64,000 nt of DNA, taken from the NCBI GenBank assembly GCA_038087875.1, contig CM075983.1, forward strand, positions 49,662,001 to 49,726,000, read 5' to 3'. The position numbers and the translations under genes were made by a program. Numbering within the stretch: the first letter of the stretch is position 1; every line of letters starts with the position of its first letter. Shown one piece after another: positions 36,088 to 48,950 of this stretch. This DNA is from Malacoraja senta. Its lineage: Eukaryota. The notes below the pieces were generated by a model. The model had not been told where the DNA came from. It worked only from the letters and a program-made list of their open reading frames with translations, and did not search any database.

Positions 36088-37579
36088 CCCACCGCTCCCA
36101 CCCTCATAAAAGATCGAGCTGGTAGTTCTAGTCTTTATATATCTTACTATCATACTTCAGTAATTGTTGTCTGTGATTTCACTCCGCTGCTTTGAAGATT
36201 GACGCGTATGCGGCTGGACGGGCTCTTCTTCACGTAATCCCTCATCGTAACTCCTCATAAAATAAAGATCAAACTTCAAACTGGTAAGCTCGTTTAATCT
36301 TACTAATTTATCTCTCATCAAAACGTTGGTAAACCTCTAACAAAAAGATTAGGTAAATTGAACATTAACGTTATTTTTTCCCTCGACAGCAAGGTCCATA
36401 GACCAGAGGGATAGCAGTGTGTGTCTCTCTACTCACCCAGTATGTCCGTCAGAGCAGCCGTCCCACCGTCGCGACTTAAACTGTATAAAAAGCAACGGCT
36501 CAAAACATTGCTGATTGGGCAGATCTGCCCAGAAACCACCCCTTTCACCACACCCCAGCCCTGGGAAACAAAGTTTTCAGAGCCCTACAGTCACCCCAGC
36601 CCGCCCGCGAACCTCTGAATGAAAGACAAAGCTCAAACTCTGCACCGAGGTCAGGATCGAACCCGGGTCTCTGGTGCTGCCAGGATGATTAAAAAATATC
36701 AATTAAAAGAATTGAAAGCAAAAGCTACTGATGATAAATTTTTATCAGTTAATAAACCGCAAAAGCAACTTGAGAATGTTTAATTGATAAAAGATTTCCT
36801 GTCTGAATTGGTTTAAATCTGGTATTTTTACGCATCTTTGGTATGTGCATAATGAGGTATGGAAGGGACAGCTCTGACCTTTAGTCGCTCTTGTTATGCA
36901 CTCAACATGCACGACTATTTGGTTGTTTTTTAATCTTTATCCTGAGATAGGAGAAATAAACAAAAAGATCGCGATTGACATGCTGTGAGTCGTCATTTAT
37001 CCATGCAGAAATTCTCACGCGGTTAATATAATTGTTAGCGGACGCTTTTTAAATCCTTCTTCCCCATTTCGTCACAATAACCATTTTAATTTTGCGCATT
37101 GTTATTCTTGTTACCCTGGATAAAAGATATTTATCCCATAAATAAGAACCAATAATAGTGAGGCGCTTGCTTCAGATTCTGCTGTTCCTCTGATTCTCTC
37201 TCCTGTCCTCCTCTCTCTCTCCCTTCTCCCCCTCCCTCTCCCCATGGGCAATCACTACCAAAGTGTCTGCCCACACAGTCAGTACACCTATCATACACTT
37301 GTCTCCCGTACTAAGTCACCCCAACTCCCTCCACTCCCCTCCCCTCCTCCCCCTACCACCTTTCCCTCCCAACTCCAGTCCCGACCCCCTGGGAAACTGA
37401 AGGGAGCGACAATCAACTGGCACGGATACAAATGTCATACACAAGAAAGGGCAGATGCTGGTTGACAAAAAGTGAACACAGTGCTGGAGTAACACAAAGA
37501 CGCAGCAGAATTTTGGAAACGTCATCCCGTCACCCATTCCTTCTCTCCAGAGATGCTACCTGTCCCGCTGAGTTAAAGA

Positions 37580-37886
37580 GTGCCCACGGTAGACTCACGA
37601 GTCACTGAGGTAAACTCACGGGCTACTACGTTCTTACAACGAGTTTAAAAGTTTAAAATTTTTACTACAAGAGTAAATTTGACTCGTGGAAATCTTTGTT
37701 GAAATCATGTTGATAGATTTATACAAGTTAACAAGTTTCCCGAGTACCTGCCGTTAGCGTTACGAGTCGCTAAGTTACGTCCACGAGTTCCGACGTTCCC
37801 GCCTACGTTAATTCTACGTGATTACGAGTTTGATTTGTTGTAAACTCGGGATCACTCGTGGGTGGACTCGCACCGTGAGACAGGGG
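37580..37886 (-). mobile_element. Harbinger-like MITE fragment (related ends at ~24856-25070 and ~30301-30515)
   Basis: Terminus ggccctgtctcacggtgcgagtcca.. preceded by taa(t), and its reverse complement here; internal acgagt repeats. Confidence 0.5.
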
Positions 37887-39086
37887 TTTTAGGGAAAGGG
37901 ATGGGGGAGAATGTAGTAGACATTCTGAAGAAGGGTTTCGGCCCGAAACGTTGCCTATTTCCTTCGCTCCATAGATGCTGCTGCACCCGCTGAGTTTCTC
38001 CAGCATTTTTGTGTACCGGGGAGAATGTAGTGCTGGAAATAGAATCCGATGGTCTTTTGAGTTAAAGGTGTAATGTCTAAGGCAGTCCAGATTCAATTTT
38101 CAAAAGCCCTAAAGCCCGCATGCTTAACTTCACTTATGCAGCTCATTTCTAATATTTCACCTCAAACCGTGCTCTGTATTCCAGTATCTTTGCTATTATT
38201 ACAAGAGGACTTGGGTATAAGAGTGATATTGTACTAAAATTACATGTTCTTAATAAGACCACTGTTGCAAGGTAAATATTAGTGTTATGTAAATGCTAGT
38301 GCCATCTTGAAACATTTGTACTCATCATCAATGTGTAAATGCCATTGCTCTCTTGAGGTCAAGAGTACAAGCTGGGGAGTGTGCCTGTGCCTCGTGACTG
38401 ATGACAAGTGACCTTCTAGTAGTTTCTGTTGGTTGTTGGAAATAATAAACTCTTCTTACAAGATGTTGGATGTATATTCATTGTGCTAGTCACAACATGA
38501 TCATACAGCAGACATTACAAATAATGAGGGCTAATGGTTAGTAAATGGGGATGTGGATTGTGCTAATGTGGTGACAGGAGGCCGTGGACGGAGTCTAACA
38601 GGAATTTCATTGATTATGCATGCACCTATCATTGTAACATAAATTTGGATCTATTGTTAATGAATTTAGACGTGGATAATCATCTCATTCTGTTTGTGGC
38701 TTCATTGAGTCTGAGTTTCATTCTGTAGTTAAGACCTGGTTTCATTGTTAATCAAGTCTGTGCAATCTTGTCATCTGAGAATATTTAAAAAGTCACATTT
38801 GACAAATCAGCTTTGACTGATCTCCTGGCGCGCACCAGTTTCAATAAATTGCCCGTTACTTCAAACACCAACTCCGCGTAGCCGTTCCATTTTGCTCCTA
38901 TAATAGGCGTGCTCGCAAGGATGCATAGCCTTCCTTTATTGCTCCTACAACCACACCTGAAGACGTGTGCACAATTCTGGTCTCTATTGCTAACAAAAGT
39001 TTATGCTTGCCAAATATGCAATGGAGATTTACCGTATTGGTTCCTGGGATGGCAGCTTTATTAGATGATAGGAGACTTTAATAAGT

Positions 39087-39958
39087 GAGCTCGGTATTCC
39101 GAAAAACGCAAGGAATCATGGGATTTATCAAAGGTCACTCGCTATAAAGGGAAAGCGAACGAAGCGCTGACTGTATAAACTGTGTATAAATTCTTATCTT
39201 TATTCATGATTTATGTGTAAAAATATATTTAATCTGAGGAACGAGGGTGCCAGGTAGCGGGAGAGCGGGGTGTAACAGCGAGATGGAGGGAGCAGATGCG
39301 AGTGGGAGGGGGGGGGGGGGGGGGAGACTGGACCGGAGCAGCAGCCCCCGGGCCCACAGCTAGCACGGAGAAGCGCCAACCCCCGCTCAACTCCACCTGC
39401 CCCGCCGGGCCAACTGACTGTCCTGGACCGAAGGGACAGCGGCCCACAGCCAGCGCGCAGTAGAAGCGCCAACACCAGCCCAACATCGCTCCAACTCCTG
39501 AGGAACCCACTCCCTGACGGGCCAGGGCCCGCCAGCCCCACCCCCCGCCCCACCCAGTGGCCCCCGACCAATCCCTCCCCCGGCGCCGGCTGCAAGCCCA
39601 GGGCGGCCACCACTCCAGGCCTGCTGGCCAACCCGGCTGGAGCCAGCGCCTGCCCCCCCGCGCCGACTGCACGTCCGTGGCCACCACCGCTCCAGGTCTG
39701 CGCCCCGGCTGCTGGTCAACACGGCAGGACAAGCAGAGCCGAACTGGAGCCAGTGCCTCCTCCCCTCGCTGGCTGCAAGCCCAGGGCCACCCCGGACATG
39801 GACGGGACACCTGGGAGGGGACAGCCCAGCAGCAACCCCTCAGCGCTGGAGACCCGATCCCGACCCCGACCATGGACGAAATGCAGCACCACAGCTGCCG
39901 AGAATGTTTATAGCGAGTGACCTATGACCTGGGCATGCATAGTCGGAATACCGAACTC
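39087..39958. mobile_element. GC-rich TIR element nested in a plus-strand CR1 3' fragment (~38940-40270)
   Basis: GAGCTCGGTATTCCGA...TCGGAATACCGAACTC ends, subterminal inverted aggtcactcgctataaa/tttatagcgagtgacct, and gt on both flanks. Confidence 0.7.
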
Positions 39959-41389
39959 GTTTATTCTCTAGAACCTTGAAGGTGAAACGTACAAATTCTT
40001 AGAGGGCTTGATATGGAGCGTGCTTCCCCCTGCTGAGTCTAAAACAATGAGTCACAACAACAAAATAAGGGGCAGAACTTTATTTATGCAGAGCATGGAG
40101 AATCTCTGGACTGCTCTATTCAGTACTGCGGAGGCGTAATCACTGATTGAATTCAAAATAGATTCACAAGATTTCGGGATACTAAAGGAAACATGGGATA
40201 TAGGGAAAGGACAAGAAATTGCTGTAAGATCAGCCATGATCTTGTTGTATGGTGATTCGAGAGGATTGAGAATCCAAATAATCTGTTCCAATGTGAAGAG
40301 TTTTTATTTACGTAGATTTTACATTCATGGTCACATAAGCAGTTCCATAAATTATTTACACAATACATCCAGATATGTGAGTCAAAGGTGACTGAAGGTT
40401 CTTCAATTTCCATATAAATATGAGTAAAAATATAATTTAAACAAAATAAAAATAAATAGCAATATCACAAAGAAAGCTGCAATATTTATCTGAGATCACT
40501 TGAACAACTTCTCATATCTTACTTATGTTCTTAAGTACTTCAGGGTGCACAGAAATCCTTGCATCATAGGTGAAACTTCAAAACTATACCTAAAGGTATT
40601 TCCATTCATAATATCATTTAACATATTTTCATACATTTTCAACCAGGAGAATGGGGGGGAAGGGAGTGGAGGAAAAAAGGAATACTGTTTGCCAAAAAAC
40701 GTGCTTGCAATAAATCAGCATGTCTGTGGGCTTGGGTGCATTTCCAACCCACCAACTATTCTTGCAGGTTTAACCTAACCCCTCAATCTCACATAACAAA
40801 ACCCACCGAGGTTGAGATTCCTCCACTGACTTTTTACTCATCTTTCAGTTTCACAATCTATTTTGTCAGCTCTGTTCAAGTTTCTCCTGTGATTAAAAGT
40901 GTTCATCGCTGCTGTCACACCTCTACTCCTATTTCCTCCTGACATTTCAAAACCCCACACAATCCAAAAATAAACTTGAAACGTAACAGGGCTGCATGAT
41001 AAAATCAGATGTTGTGTGAAATTGTTGCAATATTTTGTTAATCTATAATTCACACTGCAGCTAAATTAGCAAACTCTGCAGTTTACGTGCTAATGCAAAC
41101 ATATTAAAGGTTCAATATACCAGCTGCATCCTGAATCCACCTGGACATGGAGGATAATACGCCCAGTGCGTGGTATACTAATCTGCAGGGGTAGAAGGGT
41201 TGAGTCTCTTGAAGAGTTTTAAGGTAATGGGTCCCTGTCACACGGGAGGCTTGGTCCCCCAACGCAACCCGTTCCCCCAATGCAATATTCCACCATTCAC
41301 CCGTTCTCCCAACGCAATATTCCACCACTCACCCATGGCCCCCAACTGCGCAGTGGCAGCTATTTCCACCAAGATGGAAATACTGACCC

Positions 41390-41882
41390 TATTTCCACAA
41401 AGATGGGCGTACCAGCAGCAGAGCACTTACCACCAGGTGCTGATGAACACTGGCTGAACTGGAGACATCTCAACCGACTGCGAACCGGGTTCAGGCGGTC
41501 AAGGGTGGCAATGCACAAATGGGGCTACATCAAGGATACAACAACCTGTGACTGTGGCACACAGACCCAGACTTAGACTCCTTTATTGTCATTCAGACCT
41601 TTCGGTCTGAACGAAATTTCGTTGCCTGCAGTCATACATATAATAAATAACAAAACACACAATAAACACAAATTAACATCCACCACAGTGAGTTCACCAG
41701 GCACCTCCTCACTGTGATGGAGGCAAAAGTCTTAAAGTCTTAAAGACAATGCAAAACCTACTGCAATACCCATTGCTGGATAATCCATGTACTACTGCAG
41801 ACCTTGCACTTAACACTCCAATAGTGCAACGATGTGTACAGCAGTGGCGAGCCACTATATAGCATACGGACACGAAAGAAGG
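41390..41882 (+). mobile_element. Vingi/ingi-like non-LTR 3' fragment, interrupted by a short insert (~41573-41745)
   Basis: WRHLNRLRTG...MHKWGY....CDCG..QT(M) zinc-knuckle tail and a gacacgaaagaag 3' end. Confidence 0.6.
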
Positions 41883-42336
41883 GGCGGCTCATTTCCCCTT
41901 ATCCCCAGCACTCCCTCCCCTTCCTCTTCAGCCTCCCAATTGCACTTGTTGCCAGGACTTTAAAAAATAATCCAATTGCACTTCCCCTGCCTCCCCCAGC
42001 ACTCCCTCCCCCTCCTCTTCAGGCTCTCTGTTTCTAAACATTAAACATTTGCTGGCAGGACTGTGTTCTGTGATTGCAACATTGTTGCAGGGAGGGCCAG
42101 CAAGGATTTGGATCCCATTGTGACGTCATAGCTGTAACTGCCAGTGTGCAGATGGAAGAACGTTTTCTCAATGTGGGGTTTAGTAAAGTTAAAAATGTGA
42201 ACAACTTGTAAAAAGATAACATCAATCTGAACGAAACTTGATAAAAACACACCACAGGACAATTGTGAGTAAGGTGGCCTGAAAATTGTATCGCTTTCCT
42301 GTACCGTTTTGGCGAAATTTCAGTTTAAATAATATA

Positions 42337-44794
42337 CTAGATAGACTAAGTGGGACCCATTGGGTCCCAGTCACACGGGAGGCCTGGTCTCCCAACGCAA
42401 CACATTCCTCAATATTCCACCACTAACCCGTTCCCCCAATGCAACCCGTTCCCCAACGCAATATTCCACCACTCACCAATAGCCCCTAACTGTGCAAGCA
42501 CGGCTCATTACTCCTCATCCTCCAGCACTCCTTCCCTCTCCTCTTCATGTGTGTTAGGGGTGGAGGGGCAGAGTGAGGGGGGTATGTGGCAAGGGGGTGT
42601 GAGGTGGGAGGGGTGTGTCTGTGGGCAGGGGAGTGTAGGAGGGGTGTGGGGGGGAGGGGTGAGTGGGGGTGGGGGGTGGTGTGGGGAGGGGGGTTGTGGG
42701 GGGAGGGCTTGTTGGGGGGAGGGAGGTGATGGCCGCCATACACACCCCCTCCACTGCCACCCCAAACCCCCCTTGCCACACACCCCCTCCACTCCCACAC
42801 ATGAAGGGGAGAGGGAGGGAGTGCTGGAGGATGAGGGGAAATGAGCCGTGCTTGCACAGTTAGGGGCTATTGGTGAGTGGTGGAATATTGCGTTGGGGGA
42901 ACAGGTTGCGTTGGGGGAATGGGTTAGTGGTGGAATATTGCATTGGCGAATTAGGGATGCGTGGGTGGGAGGTTGTGGGGGCTGGGTGGAGAGGAGGGAG
43001 TGTGGGGGGGGAGTGTGGGGGAAGGGGTTGTGGGCGGGGAGGGGTGTGTGGGTTTTGTGGGGAGGGGTGTGTGGACAGGGGGAGGGGTTGCGGGGATGGG
43101 TGGGCGGGGGGGATTGTGGGGGGAGGGCTTGTGGGGCAGGGGGTGTGGGCGAGTGGGGAAGGGTGTGTGGGGGCAAGGGGGGTAGTGGAGGGGAAGGGTG
43201 TGGGGGCATGTTGTGGGAGGCCAGCGAGCGTTGTGGAGGCGGAGAGGGGGGGAGGACTGGAGGGTTTGTGGGGGGAATGGTGTGTAGCTGGAGGGGTATT
43301 GTGGGGGCAAGGTGGGGGTTGTGGGTGGGAGGGGTGTGGGGCAGGGGAGGGGTGTGGGCAGGGGAGCGTGTGGGCAGGGAGGGTGTGGGGAGGGGGGTTG
43401 TGGGCGGGGAGGGATTGTGGGGAGGATGGGTGTTTGGGGGAGGGGTTGTGGGGAGAGGGATGTGTGGGCGGGGGGTAGGATGTGTGGGTGTTGTGGCGGC
43501 AAGGGAGGGGTTGTGGGGGAAGGGGTGTTGGGAAGGGTGTGTGGGCAGGGGAGGGGTGTGTTGGTGGGGGAGGTTGTGGGGGCAAGGGGGGGTAGTGGGG
43601 GGGAAGGGTGTGTTGTGGGGGGGGGATCGCGCGTTGTGGAGCCGGAGAGCAGCGTGTGTGGGCGGAGGGGGGAGTGTGGGAGAGAGGGGGTGTGGGCTGG
43701 AGGGGTTGTGGGGGGGGTGAGTGAGTAGGGGAGCGTTATGGGGGCAAGGGGGGGGGTTGTGGGGGAGACGGGTGTGGGGGAGGGGAGTGTGGGCGGGGGG
43801 TGGGTTGTGTGGAGGTTGGGTGTGTGGGCAGGGGGAGGCGTGTGTGGGCAGGGGGGAGAGGTGTGTGGGCAGTGGTGAGTGGGCGGGTGAGTGAAGGCGG
43901 GGTGAGGGGTTATGGAGGGAGGGGTGAGTGGGCAGGGGGAGGGGTTATGGGTAGGATGGGTGTGTGGGCTGGGGCTAGAAGTGTGTGGGTGTGGGGGGGT
44001 TGTGGCGGCAAGGGTGTGTTGTGGGGGCGTGGGATGTGTGGGGGGGATTGTGTCGCTGGGGAGGGTTGTGTGGAGGAGTGTGGGGGGAGTGGTGTGCGGG
44101 CGGGGTGTGGGGGCGTGGTAGCGGGAGAGGGTTGTGGAGGTGGGGAGAGGGTTGTGGAAGCGATCGGGGGGTTTGGAGTCGATCGGCGGGTGTGGAGGCG
44201 TGGGAGGGGGGTGTGGAGGCGGAGTGGAGGGTGTGCGGAGAAAAGACGGGGTTCTGGGGGAGTATCACGGGGGAGCGGGGCAGGAGCCAGCTAAGGGGAC
44301 CAGAGGGGAAGGGGCTGGAGGACTCACAGCGGGCGATGTGGGATCACAGCGGGCGCTGGGCGCTGGACGTTCTCTTCCGCCGGGATCAGAATCTCCGTTT
44401 TCCATTTGGCGACATCACCGACTCCGTGCCGGGTTGGGCTGGTTCCGGTCCCTCCGAAAATTGTGTCTGATTGGAGACCTCCGGCGGCCATCCAGAGCCT
44501 CCCTCAGCTCCAGTAAACATGCGATGACGCAGGAAGGGGTGGACTGCCCGCGGGGGTGACAGGAGAAACGACCTATCCACGCGGCTCCGACTGGCAGGAG
44601 AGTAGATCAATCTGCGCACGCGCGATTTTTAAACCTCGCTAACTTTTAAATTAGACCACCGATCGGAACAAAACTTGGTGCAATCGCAGTAGAGAATGGT
44701 GAGTAAGCTGGCATAAAATCGTAGCGCTATCGCGTACCGGTTTTTGCGCAAATAGAAGGAAGATAACAAGATCAAAGTTTTAGTTAATTATAGA
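42337..44794 (-). mobile_element. Non-autonomous Helitron-like element carrying a ~1.3-kb G-rich tract; part of a head-to-tail cluster (~41225-46200)
   Basis: Minus-strand 5' end A|TCTATAATTAACTAAAACTT. 3' end has hairpin GGGACCCaatGGGTCCC then acttagtctatCTAG|T. The same modules repeat at 41225-42330, 44800-45545 and 45545-46200. Confidence 0.7.
42950..44260 (+). repeat. G-rich low-complexity minisatellite (gggtgtgtgggcagggga-like), G-quadruplex-prone
   Basis: Dense G3-G8 runs over 1.3 kb. Confidence 0.9.
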
Positions 44795-46419
44795 TATAGC
44801 AGACCAAGTGGGACCCGTTGGACCCCGTTCCCCGAACGCAATATTCCACCACTTACCCGTTCCCCGAACGCAACCCGTTTCCACCACTTACCCGTTACCC
44901 CAGCGTAACCCGTTCCACCAACGCAATATTCCACCACTCACCCATCGCCCCCAACTGCGCAGGCATGGCTCATTTCCCCTCATCCCCCAGCACTCTTCAC
45001 CCTGTCTTCTTTCTCCCTCCCTTCCCTCCCTCCCTCTCCTTTCCCCTAACCTGTCACTCCCTCCCTCCATAACCCCTCTCCCCTCCCTACCCCCCATAAC
45101 CCCTCTCCCCTCCCTACCCCCCTACTCTCCCTCTACCTGCTTAAACATGAAACAACTATCCTCTCCTGTTCCCATCCCCTACACCCTACCTCTCCTTACA
45201 ACACTGTAACAAGTCTGTCATTGCACTGGAAGTCCTCTCTTTGTTAACATTGTAACAGTGGAGCACTGCTGCCGGCAGTTCATGTAAATGAGATCCCATT
45301 GTGACGTCATAGCTGTAACTGCCAGTGCAGACGTGAAGAACATTTTCTCAAAGTGGGATATTGTTAAGTTAAAAATGTGAATTAAAATATAACATCAATC
45401 TGAATGAAACTTGATACACCAGACCACAGAACAATTGTGAGTAAGGTGGTAAAAAATTATATCGCTATCGTGTACCGTGTTGGCGTAGTTCCTGGATCAC
45501 ATGGGCAGACACACATGCATAGAAACAAACAAGATGAGTTTTAGTAACCCGTTGGGTCCCATTTTCACACGGGAGGCCTGGTCCCCCAACGCAATATTCC
45601 ACCTCTGCACTAATTCCAATATTCCACCACTCACGCATAGCCCCCAACTGCGTAGGCGCAGCCTACGGGTTCCTTTTGTGACGCCCCTGATACCTCTGCC
45701 CCCCTCACCCCCCACTCCGCCCTTGCCCTTCTACTCCCCCCATGCACTCACTCCATCCCCCCCCCCCTCTTAGCGGCTCTTTGGCGGCGCAGCCATTCCC
45801 ACCCATTGGGTTCCCATTGTGATGTAGAACACACAGGTATTACTGCGCAGGTGTAACTGACGGGCACGGCATGTGGAAAAGGGATTTATTAAAACTTAAA
45901 ATATGAATAACTCTTAAAATATAACAACAATTTAAACGTTAAAGAGGTTTATTCAGTCCATTCTTTCTTGTTGCGTTCTGCAGCCGGGGGAGGGGGGCGG
46001 CTTCAGGCGGGAGCCTGTGGGGGGAGCGTCCTGCAGCCTGGGGAGGGGCACGGCTTCAGGCGCAGTTGTCGGGGGCCGGCGGGGGAGGGGGGCGCGTCCT
46101 GCAGCCGGGGGAGGGGGACGGCTTCAGGCAGTCGCCAGTGGGGGAGGGGCTTTCTGGAGGGCTAGCATGGGTGTTGTGGGCCGAAGGGACTGGTTTCCAG
46201 AGGGCTAGTATGGACATAATAATAATATGATATTTATATAGCGCTTTTCAATCAGATCACTGAAACCAAAGTGCTTTACAGAGAATTATCCATATAAATA
46301 AAAAATAAAAAAAGGTAGAATAAAAAAGACACAACACACTATTAGAGATTCAACATGAACATCCCCCATTGTGGGTCGAATGGATTCTTGTGGACACAGT
46401 TCACTCAGCCACGGCTTGT

Positions 46420-46985
46420 GGACTCACAGATAGAGTGGTAAGGCAACATATGATATGCTTGCCTTCATCGGTTCGGGCATAAATTATGAGCTTTTTGTTG
46501 CAACTTTATTAAAACTTTAGGCAGGCCCTATTTGGAGCATTAATTGCAGGAAAGATGTAGGGGGTTGGAAAGGGTGCTTCCTGAATTAGAGAGTATAAGC
46601 TGCAAGGAGAGGTTGAACAAAATTTGATTTTTTTTTTCTTTAGTGTCAGAGGATGTGGGGAGACCTGATAGAGGTTTTTTAAATGATGAGCAGCATAGAT
46701 AGGGTAGACAGCCAGAAACTATTTTTCCACAGTGGAACTGTCAAATATGGGAGGGGATACCTTTATGGTCAGAGGGGGAGAATTTTATTCCACACAGAGA
46801 ATGCCATGGATGGTGGTGGAAGCAGATTCATTAGTGACATTAATGAGGTTTTTAGATAGGCTCGTAAATAAGCAGGAAATGGACGGATAAGGATCACATG
46901 TAGGCAGATATTAGTTTAGTTTGGTATCATGTTCGGCAGATATTATGGGCCAAAGGGCCTGTTCCTGTGCTGTACTGTTCTATGA
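46420..46985 (+). mobile_element. CR1-like LINE 3' end
   Basis: Typical 3' ORF2/UTR ending gggccaaagggcctgttcctgtgctgtactgttctatg. A similar 3' end lies at ~49950-50240. Confidence 0.75.
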
Positions 46986-47032
46986 AACAGCCCAGCTATA
47001 AATGTTTGTAAATATATGTCCTACTCCCTGTC

Positions 47033-47034
47033 TG

Positions 47035-47083
<49 letters not shown>

Positions 47084-48950
47084 GACTAAAACTCTCATCT
47101 TGAATGTTTCTATGCCTGCGTGCATGTCTGTCTGCGTATGTGATCCCGGAACTATGCCACACGATAGCGCTAACATTTTTGCACCACCTTACTCACAATT
47201 ATCCTGTGGTGGTTTGTGTCAAGTTTTGTTCAGATTGTTGTTATATTTTACAAGTTATTCACATTTTCAACTTTACAAAACCGCACTTTGAGAAAAATCA
47301 CGACGTTGCAGTGGCAGTTACAGCTATGACATCACAATGGGATCTCATTTACATAAACTTGTACATCATTTATATTTTACGTTATTAAAATTTTAAGCTT
47401 TACAAAATCCCACTTTGAGAAGGTGGACAAAAATGATGGAGAAACTCAGCGGGTGAGGCAGCATCTATGGAGTGAAGGAAATAGGCAATGTTTTGGGTCG
47501 AAACCCTTCTTCAGACTGATGTGAGGGTGGGGGGGGGAGGAAGAAAGGAAGAGGTGGAGCCAGAGGGCTGAGGGAGAGCTGAGAAGGGGAGGAGAAAGTA
47601 AGGACTACCTGAAATTAGAGAAGTCAATGTTCATACCACTGGGGTGCAAACTGTCCAAGCGAAATATGAGGTGCTGCTCCTCCAATTTACAGTGGTCCTC
47701 ACTCTGGCCATGGAGGCGGCCCAGGACAGAAAGGTCGGATTTGGACTAGGAGTCCAAATCCGACCTTTCCGAGCTGAGCCACCGGAAGATCAGGTTGGTT
47801 ATTGCGAACCGAGTGGAGGTGTTCGGCGAAGCGATCGCCAAGCCTCTGCTTGGTCTCACCGATGTAGATCAGCTGACATCTAGAGCAGCGGATGCAATAG
47901 ATGAGGTTGGAGGAGGTGCAGGTGAACCTCTGCCGCACCTGGAAAGACTGCTTGGGTCCTTGAATGGAGTCAAGGGGGGAGCTAAAGCGACAAGTGTAGC
48001 ATTTCTTGCGGTTGCAAGGGAAAGGGGGTGGTTCGGGTGGGAAGGGACGGATTGACCAGGGAGTTACGGAGAGAGCGGTCTCTGCGGAAAGCAGACAAGG
48101 GAGATGGGAAGGTGTGGCAAGTGGTAGGATCACCTTGGAGGTGGCAAAAATGTCCTCCCACTTTGAGAAGGATTTCTTCATTTTTGCACTGGCAGCTAGC
48201 AGCTATGACGTCACAATGGGATTGTAGCCCTACTGGCTACAATGTTGCTATCCCAGGTCCTTGGCAGCAAATGTCCTTCAGGAGAAGAATCTGCCAGCCT
48301 AACCCAGCACATATGTGATTGCAAAGCCTTTTAATTGCTCTCTGAATTGAAAGTTTAATGATTAGATTTGGATAACAATAGATGGCCTTGTCGCTGGCAC
48401 CTACATCACATTAAAGAATCAAAAAATGTTAGTGCAACTGCATTTTTTAAAAAGTTTAAAATGAGGGAGGGTGAAAAAATGAGCCAACCTGCAGAGTTGG
48501 GGTTGATTGATTGTCTCCAGGGAGCGCCACCCCCCCCCCCACGTGGGGCCGATTGATTGGCTTCGGGGAGCGCCGACTGAGGATAGGGGAAAGGAGAGGG
48601 AGGTTGAGGTGAGGGAGGGAGTGGGGGAGGGGAGGAGGAGAAATGGTATTTAAACTGTGTTTAGTGGGGGAGTGGGATAGGTGAGAAGTGAGTGAGCAGG
48701 GAAGATGGAGAGGAGGGGGGTAGGGAGGGGAGAGGGGCTATGGAGGGAGGGAACAACTGAGGGTAGGGGAAAGGAGAGGGAGAGTGAGGTGAGGGAGAGA
48801 GTGGGAGAGAAGAGGAAAGGGGAAAGAAGAGGGAGGGTGAAGGAGGGGAGGGAGTGCTGGGTGATGAGGGGAAATGAGCCGCGCTTGCGCAGTTGGGGGC
48901 TATGGGTGAGTGGTGGAATATTGCGTTGGAATAAGTTGCGTTGGGGGAAT
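47033..48950 (+). mobile_element. Non-autonomous Helitron-like element starting in (TCTA)n, interrupted by a Penelope-like fragment
   Basis: (tcta)n followed by tgactaaaactctcatcttg 5' module; shared internal module (acagctatgacatcacaatgggatc) and 3' module gggtgagtggtggaatattgcgttgg. Confidence 0.6.
47424..48155 (-). mobile_element. Penelope-like element 3' fragment (Cys linker plus GIY-YIG; Neptune-like)
   Basis: ORF 47699-48181: FPCNRKKCYTC...FTCTSSNLIYCIRCSRCQLIYIGETKQRLGDRFAEH. A 16-bp direct repeat tcccactttgagaagg flanks it (47408-47423, 48156-48171). Confidence 0.9.

Larger units (their letters stand above)
31091..36305 (+). mobile_element. DIRS1-type tyrosine-recombinase retrotransposon with ITRs and ICR; coding regions heavily decayed
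   Basis: Left terminus ~31118-31155 is inverted at 36200-36236. ICR 35975-36087 is complementary to both outer ends. Remnant motifs: YVNH-like (RNase H, ~33485), LVVPDW..KPWYP (methyltransferase-like region, ~34680-34720), H.TRA..ILAAAG..F.KYY (YR, ~35640-35750). Confidence 0.9.

Noticed and set aside
42350-44559. Many long Gly- or Pro-rich ORFs on both strands
   Set aside because: Low-complexity G/C tract that lacks stop codons; no domain, and it lies inside a repeat.
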